Source: Rhodospirillales bacterium
GTDB taxonomy: Bacteria > Pseudomonadota > Alphaproteobacteria > MPNO01 > UBA2964
Assembly: GCA_038120295.1 (NCBI GenBank)
Contig: JAYOLL010000001.1
Coordinates: 205,140-269,139 of the forward strand
Length of the DNA: 64,000 bases
Direction of reading: 5' to 3'
The position numbers and the translations under genes were made by a program. Positions 54,171 to 64,000 of this stretch are shown here, piece by piece (positions within the stretch are counted from its first letter, which is position 1; each line of letters starts with the position of its first letter). Below the pieces are notes generated by a model that saw nothing but the letters and a program-made list of their open reading frames with translations, was not told where the DNA came from and did not search any database.

Positions 54171-55088
54171 TCAATCGAAGCGGAACGTCAGCAGTTCCGT
54201 TATTTCGCCGGAACCGAACAGGGGCTCCTGTATCTTCGGGTTGGGGCGGCGTCCCGCAATTTCGAATCGGGATACCCCGAAAGCATACTGCCGCCCCGGA
54301 TCCAGCTGGATATCGTCGGAATTGCCGGTTTTAAGCTTGCGGGCGAACTCCACCGTCCACCGGCCGTCCTTCCATGTTCCCTTTGCACGGACGTCGGCCC
54401 GACTGCCGGTAGGGGCGGAAAGGGCGAATAGCGGGGTACGGTCGCCGCGATGCTGGGCCTGGATCTCGGTACGATAGGCGGAGCCGCCGCTGTCGCCCGG
54501 CCGCGTCAGGTAATATCGGGTCCCGTTGCGCGACAGGAGTTTTTTCGCTTTTGGCGACCTGATCGTCGAATAGACATGCATCTTGTCGTCAGCAAAACCC
54601 GCATGGTCGGTCCGGTGCGACTTCCAGTACCAGATATCCGCCCGATAGGAATTTTCCGCATCGATGCGGAGGTCCACCGGAAAAGCCTCCATGCTCCATT
54701 TCAGAACGAACGTATCTTCCCGGTCGGGACCGATACGATAGCGTTTCTGGTCGGGTACCCATACCAGTGTCTTGTGATCGCGGTTCTCGGATCGGTCCGG
54801 GAATGTCGCCAATATGTACACATGGCTCTTCGTGTATACCGAGCGGATTTCAAGCTGCGTTTTCGCCAGGGGTTCGAAAGTCGTCAGGGACGCCGCTTTG
54901 GACCATGCCGAATCCGTCGCCTTGCCGTCAATGACTGGCGGGTCTGTGACCTGTACCGCCGTCAGCGTTCTCGAACTACGGTCCGTAGCGGCAGCCGGTA
55001 ACGAAAAAAGAAGGGCAACAAACGAAACGAAGACGACAGGTGCAGAATTTTTCACGACCGATCCAGTTAATTTAGCCGAAGCAGGCAT
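54171..55088 (-). CDS. Periplasmic DOMON/CBM9-like domain protein
   Basis: 305 aa from ATG 55088. Signal peptide (SAPVVFVSFVALLFSLPAAA). VIDGKATDSAWSKA motif typical of the EB-dh/DOMON-like fold. Directly upstream of the kinase, on the same strand. Confidence 0.45.
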   Translation of the reverse strand: MPASAKLTGSVVKNSAPVVFVSFVALLFSLPAAATDRSSRTLTAVQVTDPPVIDGKATDSAWSKAASLTTFEPLAKTQLEIRSVYTKSHVYILATFPDRSENRDHKTLVWVPDQKRYRIGPDREDTFVLKWSMEAFPVDLRIDAENSYRADIWYWKSHRTDHAGFADDKMHVYSTIRSPKAKKLLSRNGTRYYLTRPGDSGGSAYRTEIQAQHRGDRTPLFALSAPTGSRADVRAKGTWKDGRWTVEFARKLKTGNSDDIQLDPGRQYAFGVSRFEIAGRRPNPKIQEPLFGSGEITELLTFRFD

Positions 55089-55292
55089 CAGGCCCCGGGC
55101 GATTAGCAAAATATCCTCGTGGTCGCACAATCGTTTGCGTTCTTGCCGGGACCCTGCGCAACCCGCCAATACCATGGCCGGAAACAGGTTAATAATGAAT
55201 TAAGAAAGATTGCCAGGGCCTGTCGCTCTTGCGATGCCAGACGTCATGGGTTCAAATCTCCGCAATCGATTTCCATCCGACGGGAGAGTTTC

Positions 55293-56264
55293 ATGAAGTA
55301 TCGCAAACTTGGCTGCTGCACAGATGACGTATCTGCCATCGGGCTCGGTGGGATGGCGATGACCGCGATCTATGGTCCTGCCGACAAGGGAGAGGCCATC
55401 GCGACGACCCATGCCGCGCTCGATGCCGGGATGAATTTCATCGACACGTCGGATGCCTATGGCGGCGGCGGAAACGAGGAAATGCTGGGCGAGGCGCTGA
55501 AGGGCGGTTATCGCGACAGGGCGTTTCTCGCTACCAAGTTCGGGAATCTGGGCGGCAGCGCCGACGGACGGCCCGAATATGTCGTCGAGGCCTGCGACAA
55601 GAGCCTGTCGCGGCTCGGAATCGACGTCATCGATCTCTATTTCCAGCATCGCGTGGATAGGGACGTGCCGATCGAGGACACGGTGGGCGCGATGTCGAAG
55701 CTGGTAGAGCAGGGCAAGGTCCGCTGGCTCGGCCTGTCCGAAGCCGGCCCCGATACGATCCGTCGGGCGCACGCGACCCACCCTATTGCAGCGCTACAGA
55801 CCGAATATTCGCTCTGGACCCGCTTCGTCGAGACCGATTACCTGCCGCTGCTACGCGAACTCGGCATCGCGCTCGTCGCTTATTCGCCGCTCGGGCGCGG
55901 CATGCTGACCGGCACCATCGACGGGTTCGACAGCCTGGCGGAAAATGATCGCCGCAAGGACCATCCGCGGTTCCAGCAGGGCAATATCGAGGCGAATGTA
56001 GAGATCATCCAGCCCCTCAAGGCCATCGCGGATGAGAAAGGCGTGTCGACCGCGCAGCTTTCCATCGCGTGGCTCCTGGCGCAGGGCGACGACATCGTGC
56101 CGATCCCGGGAACCAAACGGCGCGAGCATCTGATGGACAATATCGCGGCTGTCGATCTGGAGCTCTCGGCCGACGATATCGCGCGAATTGGCGGAGCGGT
56201 TAAAGCCGATGACGTGTCCGGAACGCGCTATCCGGCAGGTCAGCTGCCCGGTCTGGGTATCTAG
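55293..56264 (+). CDS. Aldo/keto reductase
   Basis: 323 aa. IDTSDAYGGGGNEE, LYFQHRVD, and IPGTKRREHL C-terminal signature. GGGAGAG RBS upstream. Confidence 0.85.
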   Translation: MKYRKLGCCTDDVSAIGLGGMAMTAIYGPADKGEAIATTHAALDAGMNFIDTSDAYGGGGNEEMLGEALKGGYRDRAFLATKFGNLGGSADGRPEYVVEACDKSLSRLGIDVIDLYFQHRVDRDVPIEDTVGAMSKLVEQGKVRWLGLSEAGPDTIRRAHATHPIAALQTEYSLWTRFVETDYLPLLRELGIALVAYSPLGRGMLTGTIDGFDSLAENDRRKDHPRFQQGNIEANVEIIQPLKAIADEKGVSTAQLSIAWLLAQGDDIVPIPGTKRREHLMDNIAAVDLELSADDIARIGGAVKADDVSGTRYPAGQLPGLGI

Positions 56265-56288
56265 ATCTCTCCTGTTTTGGAACGGAAG

Positions 56289-56320
56289 CCGGCGGCGCTG
56301 CTGGTCGCCGCCGGTCTTTT
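56289..56320 (+). terminator. Putative rho-independent terminator after the AKR gene
   Basis: CCGGCGGCG-CTGCTGGT-CGCCGCCGG hairpin followed by TCTTTT. Confidence 0.45.
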
Positions 56321-57237
56321 CAATCGTCCAGACTGTCCATCCGTTTCGGCATGGTCAGGAAGCTGTGAAAGACGTGCCAGAAGCGCGCGCGATTGACGCC
56401 CAGATGGGAGACGTGTGCCTGGCCGGGGATGATGACGAACTGCTTGTCGTGCACCGGTAGCGCATTGTAGTAGGCCATCAGGTCTTCCTCGGTGGCGACG
56501 CCGTCATGCTCGCCGCGAATAATCAGCACCGGGCACCGGATTTTCGTCGGGTCGCATACCGGCAGTTTCGAGCACATATCGACATAGGTGCCGGTCGGAA
56601 CCTGATTACAGATCTTCAGTTCGGTCTCCGCCAGAGCCTCGCCGACGCCGTCCTCGGTGGTGCCCGGCAGGTCGCGTGTGAAGATCGACTTCAGGAAGGC
56701 CTCGTCGATCTGGCGCATGTTGCTGGCGGTCCAGATATCCATCTTCCTGGCGCGCTCGATCAGGGTCGGCGCGTCCTTGCCGGTCCAGACGAAGGCGTCG
56801 AGTACGAGTTGTTCGGCGTGTTCCGGATAGGCTTCGGCAAAGGCCGCGGCGCGCAGCGCACCGGATGACGAGCCGTAGAAGGAAATTTTCTTCAGTCCGG
56901 TTTCGCGCTCGACGACTTCCATCGCAGCCTTAAGATCCCGGACCCCCTCAGCCACCGGTGAATTGCCGTCGGTCGAGTCCGATTTGCCGTATCCCTCATG
57001 GTCCATGGTCCACACGTCGAACCCGTACCCGGCGAATTTCTCCATCAGGGAAAAGTCGCTTTTTCCCGGGACATGCAGGTCGAAGCCCGACGGTCCGCTG
57101 AATGAGGAGCCGTGCACCAGAAACAGCACAGGCCGGCCGTCGCCGCCCGCCGGCGGCGCGTCCGTCCGTTTGCGAAACATGTAAAGTTTCACATCGCCCT
57201 TTTGAGCCCAGTATTCTTCACTCCAGAATTCGGTCAT
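56320..57237 (-). CDS. Alpha/beta-hydrolase (paralogue A)
   Basis: 305 aa from ATG 57237 (MTEFWSEEYW). AGGAGAA RBS 6 nt upstream. YGSSSGALR nucleophile elbow. About 55% identical to the adjacent paralogue. Confidence 0.7.
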   Translation of the reverse strand: MTEFWSEEYWAQKGDVKLYMFRKRTDAPPAGGDGRPVLFLVHGSSFSGPSGFDLHVPGKSDFSLMEKFAGYGFDVWTMDHEGYGKSDSTDGNSPVAEGVRDLKAAMEVVERETGLKKISFYGSSSGALRAAAFAEAYPEHAEQLVLDAFVWTGKDAPTLIERARKMDIWTASNMRQIDEAFLKSIFTRDLPGTTEDGVGEALAETELKICNQVPTGTYVDMCSKLPVCDPTKIRCPVLIIRGEHDGVATEEDLMAYYNALPVHDKQFVIIPGQAHVSHLGVNRARFWHVFHSFLTMPKRMDSLDD

Positions 57238-57247
57238 GTCGGTTCTC

Positions 57248-58192
57248 CTACCCATCCACCCGCCCGGGCATCGACAGGAAGGCGTCGAGGACGTGCCAGA
57301 AGCGGGCGCGGTTGATGCCGATTGAGGTGTTATGGGCCTGACCCGAGACCATGATCATCTGCTTGTCCTTGTTGGGCAGCGCTTCGAAGAACCCCATGAC
57401 GTCCTCGTCAGTGGCAATGCCGTCATGGTCGCCGCGGAAGATCATGACAGGGCATTGCACCTTTGCCGGATCGACCGCCGGCAGGTTGATGCACATGTCG
57501 ATATAGGTCCCGTTCGGCACGCTGCCGCCCCCGTTCTCGATTTCGGTCCGTGCCGCGGCAGCCGGTAGTTCGGGGACGGTCAGTCCGACGACATCGCGCG
57601 AGAATATGCCTTCATAGGCCTTCTCGTCGACAATGCGGCGGTTGGTGGCCTGCCATTCGTCGATGCGTTCGGCGCGTTTCTTCAGGGTGGGGGAGCCTTC
57701 GCCGGTCCAGACCAGCGCGGCGAGGCCGAGTTTCGCCACGCGGTCGGGAAATTTGTTGGCGAACTGCCCGGCGCGCAACGCGCCCGAAGAGGATCCGAAG
57801 AAACAGTATGAGGACAGCCCGGTCGCCGCCTCGACAACCGGCATGGCCGCTTCGAGGTCGTCGACGCCGTCCGCAATATAGGAAAACCCGTCGGTGTGGC
57901 TGGATCGACCGTATCCTTCGTGATCCATCGTCCAGACGTCATAGCCGAGCCCGGCGAACGTCTTCATCAGCGAATAGTCGCCGTGCCCCGGCAGTTCCAG
58001 GTCGTAGGCCGTGCGCGCTGCAAAGGACGAGCCATGCACCAGGAACAGGACCGGCTTGTCCGGATTGGCGGCGCGGAGAGACGGCGAATAGCGGCGGAAC
58101 AGGAACAGGTCCACGTCCCCCTTCTTGGTCCAGTGCTCTTCGCTGGTCAGGTCTCCCGGATCATTGGGCATGGTGACGATGGCTTCGGTCAT
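57248..58192 (-). CDS. Alpha/beta-hydrolase (paralogue B)
   Basis: 314 aa. FGSSSGALR elbow. LFLVHGSSF shared with paralogue A. AGGAGAAG RBS upstream. Confidence 0.75.
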   Translation of the reverse strand: MTEAIVTMPNDPGDLTSEEHWTKKGDVDLFLFRRYSPSLRAANPDKPVLFLVHGSSFAARTAYDLELPGHGDYSLMKTFAGLGYDVWTMDHEGYGRSSHTDGFSYIADGVDDLEAAMPVVEAATGLSSYCFFGSSSGALRAGQFANKFPDRVAKLGLAALVWTGEGSPTLKKRAERIDEWQATNRRIVDEKAYEGIFSRDVVGLTVPELPAAAARTEIENGGGSVPNGTYIDMCINLPAVDPAKVQCPVMIFRGDHDGIATDEDVMGFFEALPNKDKQMIMVSGQAHNTSIGINRARFWHVLDAFLSMPGRVDG

Positions 58193-58462
58193 CCTCGGAC
58201 TTCTCCTGAATGGATACTAGTTCGCTTTGGAGCGTGTTTAAGAGAGATCTAGACTATGCCCGGAGACTGGATGGAAGGGAAGATACCGAGGGGGAAATGC
58301 CGACAATACCGCGCCAAGAAGCCGAGGAGCAGTATCGCCGCCGCACTCGCCTGTCGGGATTGTTGATCGGAATGGCGGGGATGTCGGCGCTAATGCAGAA
58401 AGAGGCGTAGAGCGCGACCTTAAACACGCCCCCGATCTCGGGCTCACGGAATAGTGTTTCCG

Positions 58463-60316
58463 TCAGGCTAGCGGCCAGACCCAGAGCAGCATCGGCGTTG
58501 CAACGGCGACAATCAGGATTTCGAGCGGTAGCCCCATGCGCCAGTAATCGCCGAACCGGTAGCCGCCCGGCCCCATGATCAGCGCGTTGTTCTGGTGTCC
58601 GATAGGGGTCAGGAAGGCGCAGGATGCGCCTATGGCGACCGCCATAAGAAAGCTGTCCGGATTAACGTTCAGACGCCCGGCAATGTCGATCGCCACAGGC
58701 GCCATGACGACGGCGGTCGCGGCGTTATTGATAACGTCCGAGAGAGTCATGGTTAGGACCAGTACGACGACAAGCCCGACAACCGCCGGATAGCCTTCGA
58801 GCAGACCCGAAATCCCACTGGCCAGGATAGCTGTCGTTCCGGTGGCCTGCATGGCCTGCCCTATCGGGATCATGGCGCCCAGCAGCACAACAATGGACCA
58901 GTCGATATCGTCGTAAAGCTCCCGGACCGGGACGATGTTGGTCAGGACCATGCCGACGACTGCGACGCCCAGGGCGACCGCGAAGCCTGTTATTCCCATG
59001 GTGGCGGCAGCGATCGCCGCGCCGAACAGGCCGATGGAAAGCCAGGCGAGGTGGTAGCGGCTTCCGTGGATCGGCCGGGCGGCGAGGGGAAGACAGTGCA
59101 GGTCTGAAATAGCCAGATGGAGGCGGTCCGCGTCTCCCTCCAGCAGCAAAACGTCGCCGGGCTGGAATCGCAGCTGGTGCAGCCCTTCGTGCAACGACCG
59201 GCCCTGACGCGCTACGGCGAGCAGGTTGACGCCGAAATGACGGCGGAGGCGAAGGCTGGCCGGCGTCCGGCCCGCGATATGAGCATCGGGAGTCACCACA
59301 GCCTCTGCGACGGCGACGTCCGGTCCGCCGAACAGCCGGGGCTTTTCCACCTCGTCGTCTGCCAGCTCTTCCGTTGAAGCGGGGGAAACGTCTTCTTCTT
59401 TCTGTTCTTTTTCAGGTGCAGGCGGAGCGGGCGGACGCAGGTCCAGTTTGGAGAGTGCGGCACTGATCGATTCCGATCCGGCGCGGACAAGGACCACGTC
59501 GCCCGCGCGTATCAGCGTCGTCCGTGCAGCGGGGTCCAGTCGGCGGTTTCCGCGCAGCACGCCCAGAACGACGGCGTCTATCTCCTGCATGGTTTCGTCC
59601 AGTTCGCGCAGTCTCTTGCCGATAAGCGCGTGTTCGTCCGGCACGCGGGCCTGCGCGATATACCCGTCGATATTCATCAGCTCTTCGCCCGACGGGGTTT
59701 CCTGTCGGCCCTTGGGGATCAGCCGCCAGCCGACGAGGGCGACGAACGCGATACCGGCAAGCGCGACCGCCCCGCCAACCGGAGAAAAATCAAACATGGA
59801 AAACGGTACGCCTGCGACGTCTTCCCGTATCGCGGCGATGATGATGTTGGGCGGCGTACCGATCAGTGTCACCAGCCCGCCAAGGATTGACCCGTAGGCC
59901 AGAGGCATCAGCAGCAGCGACGCCGGCCTGTTTGTTTGCTTTGCCGACTGGATCGCCGCAGGCATCAGCATGGCCAGCGCGCCGACATTGTTCATGAAAC
60001 CCGACAGGGCTCCGCCGACGCCCGACAGCAGCCCGACATGCGCGGTGGTCGTTTTTACAGGCGGCAGCAGGTTGCGGGCGATCATGTTGACCGCGCCTGA
60101 ATTTACCAGTCCCCGGCTTGCAACCAGTACGAGCGCAACCGTCACGGTCGCTGCGCTCGCGAAACCGGAGAAGACGTTCTGTGTTTCTACCTGTCCGCCG
60201 AGGGCCGCGGCCAGAAGACCGAGCATTGCCACGATGTCGTGCCGCAGTTTTCCCCAGACGAAGAGCGCGAGAATGCCGGCGAGAATACCCAGGAGAAAGA
60301 TCTGGTCGAATGTCAT
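58463..60316 (-). CDS. DASS/SLC13-family anion transporter with two central TrkA-C domains
   Basis: 617 aa. N- and C-terminal permease repeats flanking two TrkA_C-like cytoplasmic domains. Confidence 0.8.
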   Translation of the reverse strand: MTFDQIFLLGILAGILALFVWGKLRHDIVAMLGLLAAALGGQVETQNVFSGFASAATVTVALVLVASRGLVNSGAVNMIARNLLPPVKTTTAHVGLLSGVGGALSGFMNNVGALAMLMPAAIQSAKQTNRPASLLLMPLAYGSILGGLVTLIGTPPNIIIAAIREDVAGVPFSMFDFSPVGGAVALAGIAFVALVGWRLIPKGRQETPSGEELMNIDGYIAQARVPDEHALIGKRLRELDETMQEIDAVVLGVLRGNRRLDPAARTTLIRAGDVVLVRAGSESISAALSKLDLRPPAPPAPEKEQKEEDVSPASTEELADDEVEKPRLFGGPDVAVAEAVVTPDAHIAGRTPASLRLRRHFGVNLLAVARQGRSLHEGLHQLRFQPGDVLLLEGDADRLHLAISDLHCLPLAARPIHGSRYHLAWLSIGLFGAAIAAATMGITGFAVALGVAVVGMVLTNIVPVRELYDDIDWSIVVLLGAMIPIGQAMQATGTTAILASGISGLLEGYPAVVGLVVVLVLTMTLSDVINNAATAVVMAPVAIDIAGRLNVNPDSFLMAVAIGASCAFLTPIGHQNNALIMGPGGYRFGDYWRMGLPLEILIVAVATPMLLWVWPLA

Positions 60317-60378
60317 CAGAAAATTCTAAGCTTTGTTTCCCGCGTGCGAAACCGCGCCGAGAATTGGAAGGGTGACGG

Positions 60379-60741
60379 ATGAACGATGCTCCCGGCATCG
60401 ATACCTCCAGGATGAAGAGCGCGCTGGACAAGCGCGTGGCGGAGCTGGAGAGGCTTCTCGAGAGCTTCGCCGACACACGGACAGATACGGCGCTCGATCA
60501 GCAGAGAATCGGTCGACTGTCGCGCATGGACGCGATCCAGCAGCAGGCCATGGAAGATGAAACGCACCGCCGGAGCGAGCGCGAGCTGGCGCTGTGCCGC
60601 GCGGCGCAAAAGCGCATTGCCGATGGCGACTACGGGTACTGTACTGCCTGCGAAGAACCGATCGCGCCCAAACGGCTGGAAAACGACCCTTCCGCCATGC
60701 TGTGCATCGCCTGCGCCAGCAGGGCGGGGGCGGGTGGCTGA
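60379..60741 (+). CDS. DksA/TraR-family C4-type zinc-finger protein
   Basis: 120 aa. Coiled-coil followed by CTAC...CIAC (CxxC-N17-CxxC). Confidence 0.7.
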   Translation: MNDAPGIDTSRMKSALDKRVAELERLLESFADTRTDTALDQQRIGRLSRMDAIQQQAMEDETHRRSERELALCRAAQKRIADGDYGYCTACEEPIAPKRLENDPSAMLCIACASRAGAGG

Positions 60742-60747
60742 CGGGTG

Positions 60748-61995
60748 TTACCCGTCCTTTAGTTCTTCGTCTGCCGGGGCGCGTGGGTCGAGTTCCGAAA
60801 TAGCAGGCGTCGTGCGCGGTAAGGCGGCGAAGGAATTTTTTCGATCCGCGGGCACGGAATCCCGCTGGCGCATGCGCCATACACCGAATCCGACAGCAGC
60901 TGCGGCGACAATGCCTGTAAAGACGAACAGGCCGGATGCACCGGTCGCGGTCATTGCCGCTGAGCTTGCAACGGGTCCGACTGTCGCGCCCAGGCTGTAG
61001 GCAAGCAAAAGCCCGCTCACGACTCCGACGAAATCCGCATCCCGTGCAAAATCGCTGGCATGCGTGACGGATAGCGGATAGAGCGCGAAGGCGACAGAAC
61101 CGAACGCGGCAGATAGAAACAGGATCGCCCCCTCTGAACTTCTCGTCAGGATGACCATAGCTACGCTCACGAGAAGGATTCCTCCGCACACCCCGACGAT
61201 GACGCGGCGGCGGTCCATGCGGTCCGAGAGCACCCCTAAGGGCCACTGCATCCCGAGCCCGCCTATGATCGCGACGGACATGAAGCGCGCAGTGGCGTCG
61301 ATATCCAGCCCGGCAAGAGGCGCGTAGGCAGGGCCCATCCCGTAGAACGCACCCAGAATGAGGCCGCTGGCGAAAGAGCCGACCACGCCGAGCGGCGACA
61401 GCCGGTAAAGGTCGCGAATTTTCATCCTGCTTGGCAAAGGCGGCTTCGGTTGCGGTTGTCGTGTCAACGCAATCGGAACCGCTCCGATCGAGGCGATTGC
61501 GGAAACGATGGCGAACAGAACGAATGTGTCCGGCGGAGTCGCGAGCAGCAGGAACTGACCGAACGCCTGCGCCAGGTAAATAAGGATCATGTAGAGCGAC
61601 ATGATCCTGCCCCTTGTGTCGTTGGTGGCGCGCTCGTTAAGCCAGGATTCCGTGCACAGGAACAGGCCTGCCATGCAGGCGCCTTCAAGAAATCGCAGGA
61701 TTCCCCAGAAAACCGGATCGAAATAAAGGGCGTGGAGTAACGACGCCGCCGAATAGATCGAGGCGAAGGCGGTGAAGGACCGAATGTGGCCAACGGTGGC
61801 GATCAGAGTGCTGCCCCTGATCGCGCCGACAGCGAGGCCGCCGAAATAGGCCGCCATTACCGCGCCAGTCGCCAATGTCGGAATTTCCGCCAGCGTCATC
61901 CGTACGCCCAGCAATGTCCCGAGCAGCCCGTTGCCAAGCATGATCAGGGAGATGCCCAGGAGGAGGGATGAAATGGCGATGGCAGTATGACGCAT
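60748..61995 (-). CDS. MFS transporter
   Basis: 415 aa, 12 TM. MFS signature loop (GILRFLEGACMAGLF). Confidence 0.8.
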   Translation of the reverse strand: MRHTAIAISSLLLGISLIMLGNGLLGTLLGVRMTLAEIPTLATGAVMAAYFGGLAVGAIRGSTLIATVGHIRSFTAFASIYSAASLLHALYFDPVFWGILRFLEGACMAGLFLCTESWLNERATNDTRGRIMSLYMILIYLAQAFGQFLLLATPPDTFVLFAIVSAIASIGAVPIALTRQPQPKPPLPSRMKIRDLYRLSPLGVVGSFASGLILGAFYGMGPAYAPLAGLDIDATARFMSVAIIGGLGMQWPLGVLSDRMDRRRVIVGVCGGILLVSVAMVILTRSSEGAILFLSAAFGSVAFALYPLSVTHASDFARDADFVGVVSGLLLAYSLGATVGPVASSAAMTATGASGLFVFTGIVAAAAVGFGVWRMRQRDSVPADRKNSFAALPRTTPAISELDPRAPADEELKDG

Positions 61996-62076
61996 CAGAA
62001 GTACTGCGGTCAGGGCGCCAGCGGGCTGGTCAGGTCGACCTGCTCGGATCGGCGAATGTCAGCTCCCGGGCGCCCG

Positions 62077-63912
62077 TCAGGCGACTTCGGGGGCCTGTCT
62101 GGAACGCCGCTTGCGTTCGACCGGGTCGAGATAGCGCTTTCGCAGCCGGATCGATTTAGGCGTCACCTCGACAAGCTCGTCATCGTCGATATAGGCGATG
62201 GCGCGCTCCAGCCCCAATTTGAGCGGCGGTGTCAGGAGAATAGCGTCGTCGCTGCCGGAGGCGCGGATATTGGTCAGCTGCTTGGTTTTGAGCGGGTTGG
62301 CGTCGATGTCCTGGCCCTTGTTGTGCTCGCCAATCAACATGCCGCAATAGACCTTTTCGCCCGGGCCGATCATCAGTGGCCCCCGTTCTTCCAGGTTCCA
62401 CAGCGCGTATGCGACTGCGTTGCCCTGCTGGGTCGAGATGATGACCCCCTGACGTCGCCCTTCGATGGCGCCGCGGTCCGGCGCGTACTCGTGGAAAATC
62501 CGGTGCATCACGCCGGTTCCCCGCGTGTCGGTCAGGAATTCGCCATGATAGCCGATGAGCGCGCGCGAAGGCGCATGAAACACCAGACGCTGCTTGCCGC
62601 CGCCCGATGGGCGCATTTCCAGCAACTCGCTGCGACGCGCCGAAAGTTTTTCGACGACCACGCCGGAAAATTCCTCGTCAACGTCGATCACGACCTCTTC
62701 GATCGGTTCCGTACGCTTGCCGGTCTCCGGGTCCGTCTGAAACACTACGCGCGGACGGCTGATTGACATTTCGTAGCCTTCGCGGCGCATGGTTTCGATC
62801 AGTACGCCGATCTGCAGCTCGCCGCGTCCGGCGACCTCGTACCCGTCGTCGTTTTCAGTGACCTGAATGGCGACATTGCCTTCAGCCTCGCGCATCAGTC
62901 GATCGCGTATCATGCGCGACGTGACCTTGTCGCCTTCCTGGCCGGCATAGGGAGAATCGTTCACCGAGAAGGTGACGGCGAGTGTCGGCGGATCGATGGG
63001 GCGAGCCTCAATGGGGGCTTCCGAGCCCGGCGCACAGATCGTGTCGGCCACCGTCGTTTTCTGGAAGCCGGACAGGGCGACAATGTCGCCGGCGGCGGCT
63101 TCTTCCAGCGGTACGCGTTCCAGACCGCGGAAGGCGAGAATCTTGGTGACCCGGATTCTCTCGACCGGCTTGCCCTCGCGCGTGACGGCAGAGATAGTCT
63201 CGTTGGGACGAATTTTGCCGGAGGCGATGCGACCGGTCAGCAGGCGTCCGATATAGGGATCTGCTTCGAGCGTGGTCGCCAGCATGCGGAATGGCGCATC
63301 CGCGTCGACCGCCGGTGGCTCGACATGGCTTGCGATCAGTTCGAACAGGGGGGTCAGGCTGTCCTTGGGTCCTTCCGGCTCTTCCGCCGCCCAGCCTTCC
63401 TTGGAGGACGCGTAAAGCGTCGGGAAATCGAGCTGCTCGTCATTGGCGTCGAGCGCTGCGAAAAGGTCGAAAATCTCGTCCAGCACCTCGTCAGCGCGGG
63501 CATCCGGGCGGTCAACCTTGTTGATCACGACGATGGGGTGAAGCCCCTGCGCCAGCACCTTCGACAGTACGAACTTGGTCTGCGGCATTGGCCCTTCGGC
63601 CGCGTCTACGAGAAGGACGCAGCCGTCGACCATGGAGAGTACACGCTCTACCTCGCCGCCGAAATCGGCATGGCCCGGCGTGTCGACGATATTGACCCGG
63701 ATGCCGTTCCATTCGACAGAGGTACATTTGGCGAGGATGGTGATACCGCGCTCGCGTTCCAGGTCGCCCGTATCCAGCGCCTGCGATTGTACAGACTGGT
63801 TGTCGCGAAACATGCCTGACTGCCGCATCAGGCAGTCGACCAGCGTGGTCTTGCCATGATCGACATGGGCGACGATCGCGATATTCCTGAGGGAAGCGGC
63901 GCTGTTTGTCAT
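62077..63912 (-). CDS. typA: Translational GTPase TypA/BipA
   Basis: 611 aa from ATG 63912 (MTNSAASLRNIAIVAHVDHGKTTLVD). G1-G4 motifs (AHVDHGKT, DTPGH, NKVD). Confidence 0.9.
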   Translation of the reverse strand: MTNSAASLRNIAIVAHVDHGKTTLVDCLMRQSGMFRDNQSVQSQALDTGDLERERGITILAKCTSVEWNGIRVNIVDTPGHADFGGEVERVLSMVDGCVLLVDAAEGPMPQTKFVLSKVLAQGLHPIVVINKVDRPDARADEVLDEIFDLFAALDANDEQLDFPTLYASSKEGWAAEEPEGPKDSLTPLFELIASHVEPPAVDADAPFRMLATTLEADPYIGRLLTGRIASGKIRPNETISAVTREGKPVERIRVTKILAFRGLERVPLEEAAAGDIVALSGFQKTTVADTICAPGSEAPIEARPIDPPTLAVTFSVNDSPYAGQEGDKVTSRMIRDRLMREAEGNVAIQVTENDDGYEVAGRGELQIGVLIETMRREGYEMSISRPRVVFQTDPETGKRTEPIEEVVIDVDEEFSGVVVEKLSARRSELLEMRPSGGGKQRLVFHAPSRALIGYHGEFLTDTRGTGVMHRIFHEYAPDRGAIEGRRQGVIISTQQGNAVAYALWNLEERGPLMIGPGEKVYCGMLIGEHNKGQDIDANPLKTKQLTNIRASGSDDAILLTPPLKLGLERAIAYIDDDELVEVTPKSIRLRKRYLDPVERKRRSRQAPEVA

Positions 63913-64000
63913 TTTTTTCCGGAAATTCGGGGGCTTCGGTGCGCCCGATATAGAGGGTTCCCCGCGTCGGTTCAATCAAAACCGGCTGATGCGGAAACTG

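Noticed and set aside
60326-61246. 306-aa Arg/Cys-rich ORF on the minus strand
   Set aside because: It overlaps both the DksA/TraR gene and the MFS transporter in another frame, and its composition is typical of a GC-frame artefact.
1-64000. Mobile elements, integrases, tRNA/rRNA, CRISPR arrays
   Set aside because: No transposase or integrase-like ORFs, no tRNA-like cloverleaf candidates at island edges, and no spaced direct-repeat array were seen. The only repeats are the two palindromic elements and the 12-bp tandem array.

Overview
This 64 kb window is high-GC (about 64-65%) and looks like chromosomal DNA of an alphaproteobacterium-like organism. It is densely coding: about 60 protein genes, and no rRNA, tRNA, CRISPR array, transposase or integrase was recognised. 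Apart from a few housekeeping-type genes, the content reads as a mosaic of catabolic and accessory modules. The housekeeping-type genes are the 3' end of a TRAP permease, 5-formyl-THF cyclo-ligase, oligopeptidase B, RpoH-type sigma factor, SlyX, DksA/TraR and TypA/BipA.

The first module (9.1-19.3 kb) carries two ICL/PEP-mutase-family paralogues, a LeuCD-like dehydratase pair, an amidohydrolase, a UbiD decarboxylase, a molybdenum-hydroxylase large subunit and an enoyl-CoA hydratase.

The second module (24.4-44.2 kb) is aromatic/xenobiotic-type. It includes an FAD monooxygenase, dienelactone hydrolase, Zn-ADH, MBL hydrolase, ornithine cyclodeaminase, 2OG oxygenases and a QuiC1-type 3-dehydroshikimate dehydratase. 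It also has a class II aldolase, a sulfatase coupled to an MFS gene, GST, a PhtD-like decarboxylase, a CMD protein and an esterase.

The most unusual system is an operon at 44.3-48.6 kb. It encodes a three-subunit nitrile-hydratase-family enzyme: the beta subunit is split into two genes, and the Co-type alpha subunit carries an N-terminal poly-His/Asp tail. This is followed directly by a second orphan molybdenum hydroxylase large subunit and a CMD-family protein, with no activator gene.

Other notable features are:
- two copies of a roughly 65-bp palindromic repeat with a conserved 28-nt core, each sitting 3' of a minus-strand gene;
- a hybrid sensor kinase whose N-terminal transmembrane helix is cut off by an in-frame amber codon;
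- a membrane PAS protein whose DnaQ-like exonuclease domain has lost both motif-I carboxylates;
- two secreted proteins with PEP-CTERM-like tails;
- a 12-bp tandem repeat array;
- a complete absence of dedicated transcription factors in the catabolic modules.

Functions are inferred from recognisable family motifs in the translated ORFs only. No database search was possible, and coordinates of internal start codons may be off by a few bases.
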